The notes under the pieces were generated by a model. It was not told the DNA's origin, searched no databases, and was given only the letters and a program-made list of their open reading frames with translations. Of a stretch of DNA of 64,000 nt, positions 44,601-57,606 are shown in pieces. Source of the DNA: Eledone cirrhosa (lineage: Eukaryota); assembly GCA_964016885.1 (NCBI GenBank), contig OZ024741.1:301072001-301136000 (forward strand), written 5' to 3'. The position numbers and the translations under genes are program-made. Within the stretch, counting starts at the first letter, position 1. Each line of letters begins with the position of its first letter.

Positions 44601-47496
44601 AGCGCGCAAGGCTTACAGAGACAGGATTAGCGAACTAGTTAAGCGGGCGTTTACGGGCGCGATCGTCAACAACAAGTGGTGGTTTGCTCTTAAAAAAGCA
44701 ATTAGAAGAGAGCCCATTAGGTTTAGTAAGGCTTTAGCAATAGAGAAAAATAGAGCAGAGGGAGAATTCGATAGAAAATTAGACGAGGCGCTTAGCAAAG
44801 TCATCGCGACCGACGTACTTGCGGCGAAATTGGCCCTTGACCAATTCTTCAATGCAAAGCACGAAGGCTGCGTTGTCAGAGATAGGGTGCGTGCTCTCAG
44901 ACACGAGGGGGCGAAAGCCGTTCAATGAGCCCGAGTGGCGGAGGCGCGTCGTGGCAACAAAGCCACGATCCGGTCTTTGGTGGACCACGACGGGCGCATG
45001 CTACTCGATCCCGGGAAAATGTGTGTAGCTTTTCAGCGACACTTCGTACAGCTGCTTGGGGGCAGCGGCGGGCCGGATCGAAGGATGGACTTTAGTGTCT
45101 ACCTCGACGGACTGCCGCGGCTCTCGGCCACTGAGGCGGAGTGTTGCGAAAAGCCGATAACAGCCGCTGAAATGACTGGCTGCACAAGGGGTAAATCGTC
45201 TGGTTTGGATGGTCTGCCCTATGAACATTACGTACAGATGCCAGACTTCTTCGGAGGCCTCTTGGCGGACGTCTACTGCAACTGGCAACAGAACGGGAGA
45301 ATTTTCTCATCTCTGTGAGCCGAGGAGCTGTGGCGCTGCTGAGAAAGAATAAGAACAATATGGGGATAACATAGATAATTTCAGGCCCATAACTCTGCTA
45401 AACCCAGAGTTCAAGATTTTGGCCAATGTACTAGCAAAGAAGTTGGCGCTTGTCGTTGGTGGCCTGGTTGGAGAGGCGCAGACGTGCACCATTCCCTACA
45501 GATCCATCCACGACAACCTCCATCTCATGCGATACATCGTAGAGAGGGTAGCTAAAGAACCTGGCACGGGTGGGTCCTTGATCAATTTAGATCAGTCGAA
45601 AACTTTTGATAGGGTCGACCATCGTTACCTAGCGGCAGTCCTGCGGGTGGCTGGCTTTGGGCCCGTCTTCAGAGGCTGGATCGCTGCCATGCCCAGAGAC
45701 ATCTGCTCTGTGGCGAGAGTGAACGGTCACCTTTCAGAACCGTTCAACATCATGCGCTCAGTCCGCCAAGGATGTCCCCTCTCGTCCCTCTTGTACGTAT
45801 TGTCTTTCGAGCCATTACTGCACAAACTGGAGACATTGACGGGGGTCCCGCGCGAACTAGGATGCGAAAGATCCGTGTCAGGATATGCGGTCGATGTCAC
45901 TGTAGTGGTGTAGAACGCCAAATACATCGAGGCGATCGGCACTACACTAAGAGAATACGAAGCGGTGACAGGAGCAATGATCAAGCAGGAAAAGTCAGTG
46001 GGCCTGCAGCTCGCACCTGGAGAGACAAGTCCATGCCGTCCAACAACGTCGTCGGACGCTGGACGGACGGACCGGTTAAATTGCTAGGGGTCTGGTTCGG
46101 TCCGGACCTCCAGACGGACAAAGACTGGGACGAGATGACGAGCAGGGTGGCTTCTCTCAGCCAGAAATGGGCAGAGAGGAAGCTATCCCTGAAAGGTCGA
46201 GCGGAGGTGGCTAACGCGTACATCGCGTCCGTCATCTACTACCGCCTGACCGTCGTACCTTGTCCTAAGCCCAGCCTGACTGCGCTGGAGCGTTTGCTCT
46301 TTCGCTTTTTGAGGAAGGGACGGGCTCCGATGGTCAGGCGGTCCATCTGCTGTCAACATCCGCTACGCTGAGGCTGGACATGCCGTGGCTGATAATGCGC
46401 AGACACGCGCACAGGATACGGCATCTCCGCCTCTTTCTCGACGGTGATCAGGTGTGGTCGCCGTTTGCTAGAGACTTCTTTCCCCAGCTCGTCTCCTTGA
46501 CGGAGCTGCAGTCCTGGGTCAAGCGAAGACCGAGAGGGAGCGCTTGGAGACTGGAATGTCTTCAGGCGCTCACAGCCCTCGACCAATCGGGCAATGTGAT
46601 CGGTGGAAACTCCACCTTGGCGTTCTATAGAGGATTAGTGAATGGGAAGAGCGACGATGTACTTGGAGAAAATCTAGGCGCCGACGAAAATCAACTAGCC
46701 AATCTCTTCGGAACGACTTTCGGGCCGGGGCCTATGGACAACTTCCAGAAATCCCTGGCCTGGCAGTGCTACCGAGGAGCTTTGCCAGTTCGTGATAATC
46801 TCTACAGGCATGGAGGTGCAGTCAGCCGGGCATGTCCGAGATGCGCGTAGGGCGACGAAACCGTCCTGCACGCACTCGTCCAGTGTCCGAGCATTGCTGA
46901 CTTGTGGGTTTATGTTGAACATCTGCTGTCACGTGTACGACGGATCCAGCTATCAGCTGAGTCCATCGTGAGGATGCCCCGCCCCCTTCCTTTAGCCGGG
47001 AAGGGCAGGCAGTTTTTATCTGTCTGGTGGCCATGGCGAAAGAGATAGTAGGGTGGACACGTTTGAAAAGGCTGAAGACGAGCACTTACCTCTTCGGTGA
47101 TGCCCGGATTAACTTTTTCAAATTTCATTTGAAAAGGAAAATCAGGGTAGAGAGGGAAGTGCTCTCTTCCCAGCATTTTGTTGAAAGATGGGTGAGAGAA
47201 GCAAGTAAGGCCCGAGTGAATAGACCTACTCTGAGTATGTGTCTGTAAATTAAAGGTGGAAAACTGGGAGAGGGCACTTGCCCTGGTGGTCAGGGTCACT
47301 GTGGCCTTTTAATGGGCTTTCTCCACAAATGTCCCTAGGAAATCTCCCCCAAATTGGGGAACTTTTCATTGTTATTTTTTTATTACATCCTCTGGGTTTT
47401 TTTTACACGCAGAAATGCCCATTTGTACCATCCTGTATTGTCCTGTACTGACCTTAATGTCTACATTATGTAAACCCTTGTGGTTAATAAAGAAAG

Positions 47497-47497
<1 letters not shown>
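41674..47497 (+). mobile_element. Tx1-like retrotransposon copy T3, full length, many stops and frameshifts
   Basis: Same 5' end (ggcgacctacgtagtaaatcg) and 3' end as T2. ORF1 41890-43815 with CVVCGEGTHLRAFC; ORF2 43850-47248 fragmented. Confidence 0.94.
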
Positions 47498-47542
<45 letters not shown>

Positions 47543-47543
<1 letters not shown>

Positions 47544-47727
47544 GCGGAGAATTGGCAGTATCGGTAGAGGGTTGGACGCCATGCTATCTAGCATAGTTAC
47601 GTCCCTTTACAATCTGAGTTCAAATCCTGCCGACGTTAACTTTGCCTTTGATCCTTACGGGGTCGATAAAATAAAGTACCAGTAATGTACTGTGTAATTG
47701 CTGGCATTGTGCCTAAAGTAGAAACAA
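47543..47727 (+). mobile_element. tRNA-derived SINE (family 1), full length, with (TTA)n tail
   Basis: A-box-like tggcagtatcggt, B-box gagttcaaatcc, family body, tail caattattatt. Confidence 0.88.
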
Positions 47728-47748
47728 TTATTATTATTATTATTATTG

Positions 47749-50700
47749 TTCTTTGGGTCTCAGCCATTGATGTTAGTTAACTGGAAAGTTTGTTGAAATG
47801 AATATCAAGCCACTACCTGCAGCCTCAGATATTCAGGACGTATCGGAGGGTTCTTGCTGTTCCCAGCAAGCATGCCTTTTGAAGCGTTCCAAAAAGCGTG
47901 AAGGGGCCAATTTTTTTTTAACCATCCCTGGAAACTTTTTGAGATAGTACCTATTGCGCCTATGACAATCGGGACCACTTTGACTTCATGGCAGTTCCAA
48001 ATTCTTTTTACCTCCCACTTTAAGTCCTGGTATCGGTTAATTTTCCCCCTCTCCTTCTCTTGCACTCTCGTGTCGAATGGGCAGGCCACATCTACAATCA
48101 GGCACGATCTTTTTTCCTTGTCCAAAACCAGCAGGTCAGGTCTATTGTGTGCCAGTTTCTTGTCCGTCTGTATCCTAAAATCCCACAGCACCTTCACCTG
48201 ATCGTCTTCTATCACCGACTCTGGCTTATGCTCATACCACTTCTCAGAATGTGGTAAATTGTTTACTTTGCGTAGGTACCAGTGGATCACCCTGCCCATC
48301 ACATCATGTCTCCAGCCCTTATAGTGAGTCTGGGCTAGGTGTTTACACTCGGATACAATTTGAACCACAGTCTCCTCTCTCTCTCTCTCCACAGATCCTG
48401 CACAGTGGGCTAGCCTCCTCCTTGTAAATATGGTATTTCAACCACTTCTTTTTTAAGGCCTGCTCTTGCGCAGCCATTAGCATTCCTTCTGTAGCCATTA
48501 TTAAGGTCTCCTCTTTTCAACCAGTTCCCTGTCAGTGGATCTCTGAATTCAGTTTTCTCAAAGAAGGTTCTATGAAGTGATGTTTCATGAAGGTTGCTCT
48601 TCCTCCTTGTTATTTCCTCCTTGGACATCCCCTGGTCTATTGTCCTCTCCTTCAGTACAATTCTGAGCATTGGCTCCTTACTATCAGTCACGTATTTGTG
48701 TAGGGTGTTTTTCCCCATCTGAACACAGACCTCTATTCTGATAAGACCTCTTCCACCTTCAGATCTTCTTAAGCAGAGTCTATCGACATCACTCCTCTTG
48801 TGGAACATGTTGTAGATAGTCAATAGCTTCCTAGTCTTCCTATCCATTTCATTTTGTTCAGCAACATTCCATCTCAGAATTCCCGCACTGTAGCTAATAA
48901 TAGACACAGTTCGGGAATTTACTGCACTTATGGCATTCCTACTGTTCAGATGTGACTTTAATACGCTCCTTACTGTCCGAATGTATTCAGATCTTATCAA
49001 TTCCTTCATTTTCTTGTTCTTGATGTCATCAGCCTCCAGAACACCCAAATACTTGTATCCTTCTTCAGTGTCAATTTCCTTTATCATCTCACCAGTTGGT
49101 ACCCGGATTCCGTTGCTTCTGCTCAATTTACCCCTCTTCATCACAAGGACTCCACACTTACTAATACAAATTGCATACATATATCATTGCTAAAAATACG
49201 GACAGTGTCAACAAGCACATCCAACTCCTTCTCACTCTTCCCAAAGAGCTTAAGATCGTCCATGAAGAGGAGGTGATTGATGGTAAGGTCTCCCTTTCCC
49301 AACTTGTATCCTGCTCTCACTTTTCGCAGTATAATGGTCAGGGGCATCAGGGCAAGGACAAACAATAGAGGGTACAGACTATCTCCCTGGAAGATACCTC
49401 TCTTGATCTTCACGCCTCCCAAGGATTCTCCAGCTGATGTTAACTCTGTTTTCCAGGACTTCATACTTTTGCCCAACAACTGTCTGATGTTATCTGCCAC
49501 CTTGAAGAACTCTAGGCTTTTGGTGATCCAAGAATGAGGCACCATGTCAAATACCTTTTTGTAGTCTATCCATTCCATGGCAAGACCAGTGTGTCTCCTC
49601 TTGCAATTCCTCATTACCATCTTACCAATAAGTAACTGGTCCTTTGTACCACGGGACTTCTTTCGGCCTCCTTTCTGTTCGTCCGGTAACAAGTTTTTTG
49701 TGTGGAGATGATGGTAGATTTCCTCAGAAACAATGCTTGTCAACAGTTTCCACATTACGGACAGACATGTGATAGGTCTATAGTTGGTAACATCATTACC
49801 CTTGATTCGGTCTTTCATTACCAGAACTGTGGTACCTTTTGTCAACCACTCTGGTACCTCACCTGACATCAAGCAGTCATTGAACATGGTTGTCAGTTTC
49901 GGGTGGAAGGATGTTATATTTTCAATCCAATACCCCTGCACACCATCTGGGCCTGGTGATTTACAGTTGGTTAGTTTTTTGGCCTGCCCCTTAAGAGTTT
50001 CAACTGTGATACTCAAATCAGTTTGTTGGTGTGCCTGTTCACTAATCTCCTTTTGTACTGTCTCAATCCACACTGCCTGGTCATTATTTTTAACATCCTG
50101 CTCCCATATTCCTCTCCAGAATGTCTTAGTTTGTTCCGCCTCAGGGATCAAGTCGTTGCCTCTTTCTTTCCCTTCAAGCTGTCCAAACAGCATCTTCTGG
50201 TTGTTGTCAAACATGCGGTTCTGTCTATACTGACTGACTCTGCTCTCGTATCGCATAATTTTTGCACTCTTTACTACAATGCGTTGCTTCAGTTCCTCTA
50301 TGATAATATTTAGCTTTTTCCTCCTAGTTTTGTACTTTATTTCCAGTCTATTTTTAGTGTCTATGTTTTTTAGTGTCCCATTCAGTAGGGACTCAAGCTT
50401 TCCAATGTCATTTCTCATTTGCCTGATTTGACCATTCAGTCGTTTCTTCCACCAAGGCTCTTGGTGATCTTTCTTGTTTGTTGTTTCCTCTCGCTTTTAT
50501 GCCAAGTAATTTCCTCACCGCATTTGCTGTTGCTTTGAGGATATTGTTGCACTGGTGAAGGCTCCTCGCCTCAAGGTATGGGATGTCTTTGTTTACCTTA
50601 GCTGTTGTTACTTTTAACTTTTTCCTGTCTACAAATCTTAGGTTCATAGGTTTACCACTATCATTATTCAATTCACATACCACTAAGTTTAGGATATCAA

Positions 50701-52193
50701 CCAAATCTTGTCCTAGCCCGTCAGCATTCATCTCCTCAATGCCCGTATCTTTGTTCCAGGTATTATTTATTTCAGCATTCAGATCATTGTCTGCTTCGGA
50801 TGGTTCCTCCGTTCTCTCAAGCTCTTCACCTTCATTTCCCACTGACTCGTTTGCCTGGCATACTCACTCTCCATTTCCAAACTAATCTCTCTGCTCAGTT
50901 CCTCCAGTTCCAGCTCGCTTATCCACCCATTAGTTCTTATTACCCGAGCCTGCCCGGCCAATTTTTGTTCATCTAATTTAAATAGACCAATCTCGTTCCA
51001 GATGTTATGCATCCGTTTCCTATAGCCTTTCTCCTTGGGGTTACTCTTCAGGTAACATTACATAACAGTTCTATTCAATTCTTTCGTCCAGTTGGTTCTG
51101 GTCCCTTTCCTTCTTCTTCTTCCTCCGACACCAGCAACATTTGGTTGATGCCAGGTCCCTGCTGCTGAGCCAGGGAGCACCTGCTGAGTGAGAGTCTGTC
51201 ACATGACATTCCGGTCTCCACTTCACCGTTATTTGAACTGTTTAGGTTCGACATTTAAACACTCTTATCGAGGATTGGTGGATGTATGGTTACATAACCA
51301 CCGGTGATTTCATAACCCCGATGATTTCATCACCCCGATTATTTTTGTGTGGCACTATCACGCTGTAGACGAACATAAATAAACAAACAAACAAATAGGT
51401 AAAAAAAAAAAATAAAAAAAAAAGAATAAGCATAAGTTTCATGGTAATGTAATGTTTGAATGTCTGACTTAGTTTTTCCCTTCCCTGTCTGTCTGTTTGT
51501 TTTTCTTTTCATTTTTCTTTTCTTTACGTTTTTCGCTGTTGCTGTGCTGCTTTGATTTTGAGTTTTGGTTTTTTGATTTTTTGACCGGGTCATCAAATCA
51601 GTCTATTTATATCTTTTGATGCCTTCCTCTTTTAGTGGGGACACTACGATGCATGTCTTAGCAGGAGATAGTGGGAGAGAATAGCGGCGGTAGTGATAAT
51701 AAGGCAGTGGTGGTGGTGGTGCTGTGCTAGTAGTACGTAGCTGGAAGTAGTGGGAGAGATAGCGGCAGTAGCGATAATGAGGCAGTGGTGGTGGTGATGT
51801 GATCGTAGTACTGTTGTGACGGTGTTGAAGTTGAAGTATAAATAAAAGTTGAGGTAACTTGACTAGAGTTTTTAGCGTGGTAGTGGTGATGGTGGCGGTG
51901 GTGGTGAAATTATTTTTCTGTCCACCTAGCCATTTAGCTATTTAGCTATTTAGCCATTTTGCCATTTTCCTCTTTTTCGACTATAACATTTCTGATCCAA
52001 AATTAAATACTAAATATCGGGGCCCTATGCCGTAAAGTGATGCGTTATCGCTTGCTGAGCGTAAAAAACTGTAATCTTATTGTTCATTTGTAACAAAAAT
52101 TATTCTATCATAGTTGTTTTAAAGAAGTAAAAATCAAAAACTTACGGGAGCGATTCCACAACGATATATACCCACCATGTGCGTTTTCTTCCC
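47749..52193 (-). mobile_element. R4/Dong-like family A copy 4 (older, diverged, full length)
   Basis: Fragmented ORF (about 51221-47825) homologous to 21165-24557. The 5' end gggaagaaaacgcac..aatcgctcccgtaag abuts (TTA)n. Confidence 0.93.
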
Positions 52194-52288
<95 letters not shown>

Positions 52289-52293
52289 ATTAT
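52194..52293. repeat. Compound (TTA)n(TTG)n microsatellite
   Basis: Direct reading. Confidence 0.97.
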
Positions 52294-52311
52294 TCTTATT
52301 CGTATAATTAT

Positions 52312-52910
52312 TCTTGGGAGGGTTGTATGGATAGTGGCCTCAAACACTCTTTCTAGTAGTTCCTGTCAGAAGCAACCGTCTCCAACTGATCCCGCTGGAT
52401 CCCCAAGCGAGACCAGCCAAAATTATAGACGTTATTCAACAATTTTGCTCGGGGTCTACCGCTAAGTCAACTGTCGGTTGGTTTTGCCCGTAAAATCTGT
52501 CCAGCAATTCTTTCTTGAGACATTCTAACCACATGCCCATAGTAGCGGAGCTGTGAGATCTCAATTCAAATAAATCGCAGCTCTATTGGAGCAACTCTCT
52601 GATATCCGAGCTCCAAATCTGTCCAGCGTTTGTTTCTTGAGACATTCCAACCACATGCCCATATCATTGGAGCTGTGATGTCTCAATTCGGAGATGTAGC
52701 GGCTCTACCTGGACTGACATTCTGATCTTCAAGTTACGCACTCTATCGTGTAACGTTACTCCAAAGACTCTTCGAAGGAACCCCATTTGGGCTACTTGTA
52801 TTCGCGATCGTATTCTTTCGGTCATTACCCAAGAATCAATACCTTAGATAAGATTTGTCACGAATACCGAATTTAAGATAGCTAGTTTGGCTTTTATATC
52901 TACCTTTCAT
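52312..52910 (-). mobile_element. RTE-like LINE 3' fragment with an internal duplication of about 120 bp
   Basis: Minus translation IEISQLRYYGHVVRMSQERIAGQILRAKP..GRPR..GWSRLGI resembles RTE C-termini. The segments near 52493 and 52615 are duplicates. Confidence 0.7.
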
Positions 52911-53253
52911 GACTTTTTTTAACAATCTGAATATATTTGTTGAGTGCGGTGCTTTCATATAGCTTTTAGTAAGTTTGTTGGTGAGGAAAGGGCTATATAG
53001 ACAATTATCCGTTCACAAGTTAGGTGTTAGCACTTCTGTAAAAACAGTGTTCTTCCTTTATGGTGGTGTCTGCTATAAATGATAATCTTCGTATCTGTTG
53101 TAAATTTGTGGCATTTCTGATGTGTGCAACTGTTAAATTTGCTCCCAAATTTCGCAGAGAAAAATATTAGTAGGCCCATGCCTACTAATTCTTAATAGGA
53201 AGATGCGAACCTGATTTTCAACCTATGGTGCCTCAGGCTTGTAGTATTACTGG

Positions 53254-53437
<184 letters not shown>

Positions 53438-54377
53438 AAATATGGATAGATATTTGAAACACATACAGACACACGTATACATACATATATATACATGTGT
53501 GTGTGGGGGGGGGGGGGTTATACTGATGTTCATATCATCTCTGAATTGATGAAAGCAGCAATCTCGCCTCTATGCATTCTGGCGTTACATCATTAGTTTT
53601 AAATTATTATCATTCATCTGGTCAGAATTAATGAGATATCACTAGTATTCAGCATTGACTGAAATGCAATTATTTATAATGTGCATGAATCAAGTGGATC
53701 AACATGTGGTTCGAAAGATTGATTTCGTCTCCATTACATTAATTCAGTATTGCCATATTAATATTTTGCCTATGTAGTTCAGTCATATTGCAAATGATAA
53801 AATATAGAAAGTATCCGCCAATTAATTTCATCCATGATATGGTCTATCAACCAGAACATTTTATAACTAAAACTTAAAGATATTAAAATGAGTTTCACCA
53901 TATGGAAACTAATAATCTGTAAGACGTTTCTATGCCCCAAAATATTGCTTCGTTAAACCGTGCCTTAATGAGAATGTGTCTACGGAAGAAGAACATTAAC
54001 AAGACAAAATGAAAGATTGTTTGTTAGCAATTGAATTATCATAGTCAATTGAAAACATTCAAAATTCCATCTGCTGTGGGATTCATTTATTGGATGATTT
54101 TAAACTTGGCTTTGTCCATCAATACCATTAGATCCAATCATACATCAACATTCCAGGAAAAGTCACTCTATCAACCCTTGATCTTGGAAAATAATAGATG
54201 TGTAGAGAAGGTGATATATTTAATCGGGACCTTTTAATATCCGCACCTACCAGATAAAAACAATAAATTTCATTTACTGTACCTCTTAATCCTCAGTGAC
54301 TTGGCAAAATATATACAAAAACAATCATCAACCGTATATTTGAAATTTGATTTTGACTAGTGTCGAAGTAACTCCAT

Positions 54378-54580
54378 GTCAGTAGAACGTCGGTACCATG
54401 CTTCGCGGCAGAGAGTTATGGCCCTTTGACTTCTGAGTTCAAATCCCGTCGAGGTTATCTTTGCCTTCCATCCTTACGGGGTCGATAAAATAAAGATCCA
54501 GTAACGTACTGGGGTTGATTTAATCGACTTTCGCTTCCCCTTCAAATTGCTGGCCTTGTGCCTAAATCAGAAAACATTAT
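54378..54580 (+). mobile_element. SINE family 1 (longer variant)
   Basis: gagttcaaatcccgtcgagg..tttgccttccatccttacggggtcgataaaataaag..ggggttgatttaatcgac..aattgctggccttgtgcctaaa. Confidence 0.85.
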
Positions 54581-55214
54581 TTGCATATCTACAAGCTAGT
54601 ACACATAAAAATGACAGTAAACATATTACATCCTTGTCAACATGGAGTTAACAGACATGACCATATTTTCATCAGTCGATCCCATCATAGAGTTATTACA
54701 GTCGTTACTTTAATGACTATCAGAGAATCGTCTAAATTCTTGAGTTCTCTACAATTCTATATAGAGTGAGTGTACGTAGAATCGAAGTCAATTTTACAGC
54801 ATATGTACAAATTTATTGCAATGTGACAATTGTTTCGATATGGATCAGCTAAAGGTGAGATGTGTCTTTACCCATATAAACTCGCTAATCTGAGGAGATA
54901 TCGAAGAGGAGTCGGACTCCTGTCATTATGATTGTACCCCGAGCTGATAGATATTGAAATAACTGTAATATATATGCCAATAAAGTTTGTACATATGCTG
55001 CAATAGTAACTTCGATTGTACTTAATCTATTTATACTCTGCACATTACAACTGCCTTAACTCTGAATACAACACAACACGAGACGGATTTCACAACAGCA
55101 TCGAGTGCATCAAACGCGCCGCCTACAACTGCAGTTACACACCTAACACACACACACACACAGGAGAAATAAAATTCGAATTCTATTTTAAATATTCGGC
55201 AAGGCCAGCCATAA

Positions 55215-55215
<1 letters not shown>

Positions 55216-55304
<89 letters not shown>
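55216..55304. repeat. (TG)n microsatellite
   Basis: Direct reading. Confidence 0.98.
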
Positions 55305-55307
<3 letters not shown>

Positions 55308-55656
55308 TATGCATACTTACACATATTTATCAGCTGCGCTAGGGAGAGAAATAAAATCCTAATTTTTTTTTTTGATATTCGGCAAGTAAATGGAGGCTAC
55401 TCAGCCGATAATTACTTACGAAAACACTATATATTTTCAACCGTTCAACAGACTGGCACACGTATACAGTACTGATGAAGGGTAAAGACCCAGAAAGATG
55501 TTGATTGTTCCTCAAAGCCAGAATTGAACAAACGGTTAATGATCGGTCACCGGCACGGCACAGCTTCAAATCGGGTCGTTTGTTTACGAAAGAATCGAAC
55601 ATTATTATTAATATTCGATATAACCAACCCATACGTATATATGTATATATACGTGC

Positions 55657-55746
<90 letters not shown>

Positions 55747-56368
55747 TTGTGTGTGTGTGTGAGTGTGTGTGTGTACATATGCATACTTACATATATATAT
55801 ATATATAATAGAAAAATAAATACTATCATGATATAAATATTCTAAGATGTTCATCGGTATATGTTTTACACATGTAGCAAACATTATTTGATAACAAACC
55901 TCTATGCTTAAATTTGAGTGAGTTACATTATTTATAGAAATGAGTCACATGTACTTGCATTAACAATTTTCCCTCTTAGATAATAACTGCGGCGTCAGAA
56001 AGTAGTTAGGACTGTTTAAAAAGAGTTAACTGTCAATAAAAAAAATTCTTGACTATGATTGGAATACCATGTTTATTCTTTGGGTTTTACTTTCCTTTTA
56101 CTTTAATTTTACAATGAATTCTATGTATTTCCTGTTGATCCGAATATTGAGGCACATTAAACAAGTAGAAGCTCAAAAGTTTTTCACGAATTCGTCGTTT
56201 CTAGGAAACGAGAGCTATATCCTAGCTGAATGGACATGTGTCATGTAGGCAAACTTCTGAATATTCTAGGTGTTGTGGTTTCGTTTGATAAATATTAATC
56301 TTAGGTGAGATATATTGCTTTAAACCAGGTTAAAATCCCAATAATATATGAACCAAGCAGGCATACCA

Positions 56369-56462
<94 letters not shown>

Positions 56463-56650
56463 TGGTATGCCTGTTTGGTTCATATATTATTGTGGTTCAT
56501 ATATATATATGTGTGTATGTATATATATATATATATATATAGGAAAAGAGTCAGGACCCCGACGGCCGTTTCGACAGCTAGATCCGAACCGTTATGGTCC
56601 ACCTGGTATCTTACCACACCTTCTTTGGTATATATATATATATATCTTCA

Positions 56651-56689
<39 letters not shown>

Positions 56690-56690
<1 letters not shown>

Positions 56691-57423
56691 GAGAGAGATA
56701 AACACAGAAATATGTATACATGTGTTCCAATTGCAAAGGACCAAGTATTTTTTTCAACCTAGTTAACTTGGTCCTTTGCAATTGGAACACATGTATACTT
56801 ATATCTGTGTTTATCTCTCTCATATATATCAATTACATTATGTTACACGGCTTGTAAAAATTTCTCTCTTTGAGCTATTTAATTGTAAAAGACCATTTTT
56901 TTGTTTCTAATTTAATGTATGACATTCTCGGCTCCAAATGTAGAGCTAACTTTAGTCTCATAAACCCGGCTGCTATTTTTAGCGGCATGAGTATGTGAGA
57001 CGCGCTAGGCGCTGTAACATGTGCTTTTATATAAGCATATTGGTCAGTCTTCTTAGATCCTTAGAAGTGAAAGGTCTGCTAATTTTGGGATACCTACTGA
57101 AGAGCATAGAAATAGTGGCTTTCACTTAATAATTCTTGCGAAACAGATTTAAGTTTGTCTGGGTATCAAAGGCTTTTACCCGATATAGGTTTCTTATTCT
57201 TATTGATTTATTACTTTAAATCGAGTCAGGCAAACCATATTGTATTAAGTTAGTATTTTTTTCAACCTAGTTAACTTGGTCCTTTGCAATTGGAACACAT
57301 GTATACTTATATCTGTGTTTATCTCTCTCATATATTCAATTACATTATGTTACACGGCTCGGAAAAATGTCTTTCTTTGAGCTATTTAATTGTAAAAGAC
57401 TATTTTGAGTTTCAAACTCAATG

Positions 57424-57429
<6 letters not shown>
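56690..57429 (+). mobile_element. Non-coding retrozyme/PLE-pLTR-like element: 508-bp unit in partial tandem with an inverted 5' segment, between (TA)n tracts
   Basis: Direct repeats 56744-56922 and 57252-57429; 56690-56746 is an inverted copy of 56766-56822; internal hammerhead. Confidence 0.7.
57089..57167 (+). ncRNA. Type I hammerhead ribozyme (canonical core)
   Basis: gataccta-CTGAAGA-gca...tgc-GAAAC-aga.tttaag.ttt-GTC-tgggtatc: 8-bp stem I, long stem II, 5-bp stem III, GUC triplet. Confidence 0.85.
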
Positions 57430-57499
<70 letters not shown>

Positions 57500-57501
57500 A
57501 G

Positions 57502-57551
57502 TCTTGTTACTGTAGAGTTTTGCCTGTTTATCACAGGATCATCAGACAAGA
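57502..57551 (-). ncRNA. Inverted, mutated copy of the 57557 hammerhead (GAAA>AAAA)
   Basis: Reverse complement tcttgt-CTGATGA-tcctg.tgataaa.caggc-AAAAC.tctaca.GTA-acaaga. Confidence 0.7.
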
Positions 57552-57556
57552 ACAGT

Positions 57557-57606
57557 TCTTGTCTGATGATCCTGGGATAAACAGGCGAAACGCCAGAGTA
57601 ACAAGA
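57557..57606 (+). ncRNA. Minimal type I hammerhead ribozyme
   Basis: tcttgt-CTGATGA-tcctg.ggataaa.caggc-GAAAC.gccaga.GTA-acaaga: perfect 6-bp stem I, with AATAAA shortly downstream. Confidence 0.82.

Noticed and set aside
35673-47540. CRISPR-like or simple tandem-duplication reading of the repeat-separated units
   Set aside because: Eukaryotic context, the separators are microsatellites, and the units are 5.8-6 kb retrotransposons with clean termini and independent lesions.
53523-53570. Hammerhead-like ctgatgt...gaaagcagc
   Set aside because: Core mismatch and no stem I.
55472-55513. Possible hammerhead (CTGATGA-gggt.aaag.accc-GAAA)
   Set aside because: The core and stem II are present, but there is no convincing stem I or III.
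56553-56610. Minus-strand GAAACGGCCGTC hammerhead half (a similar half occurs near 59200-59250)
   Set aside because: No correctly placed CUGANGA upstream; incomplete.
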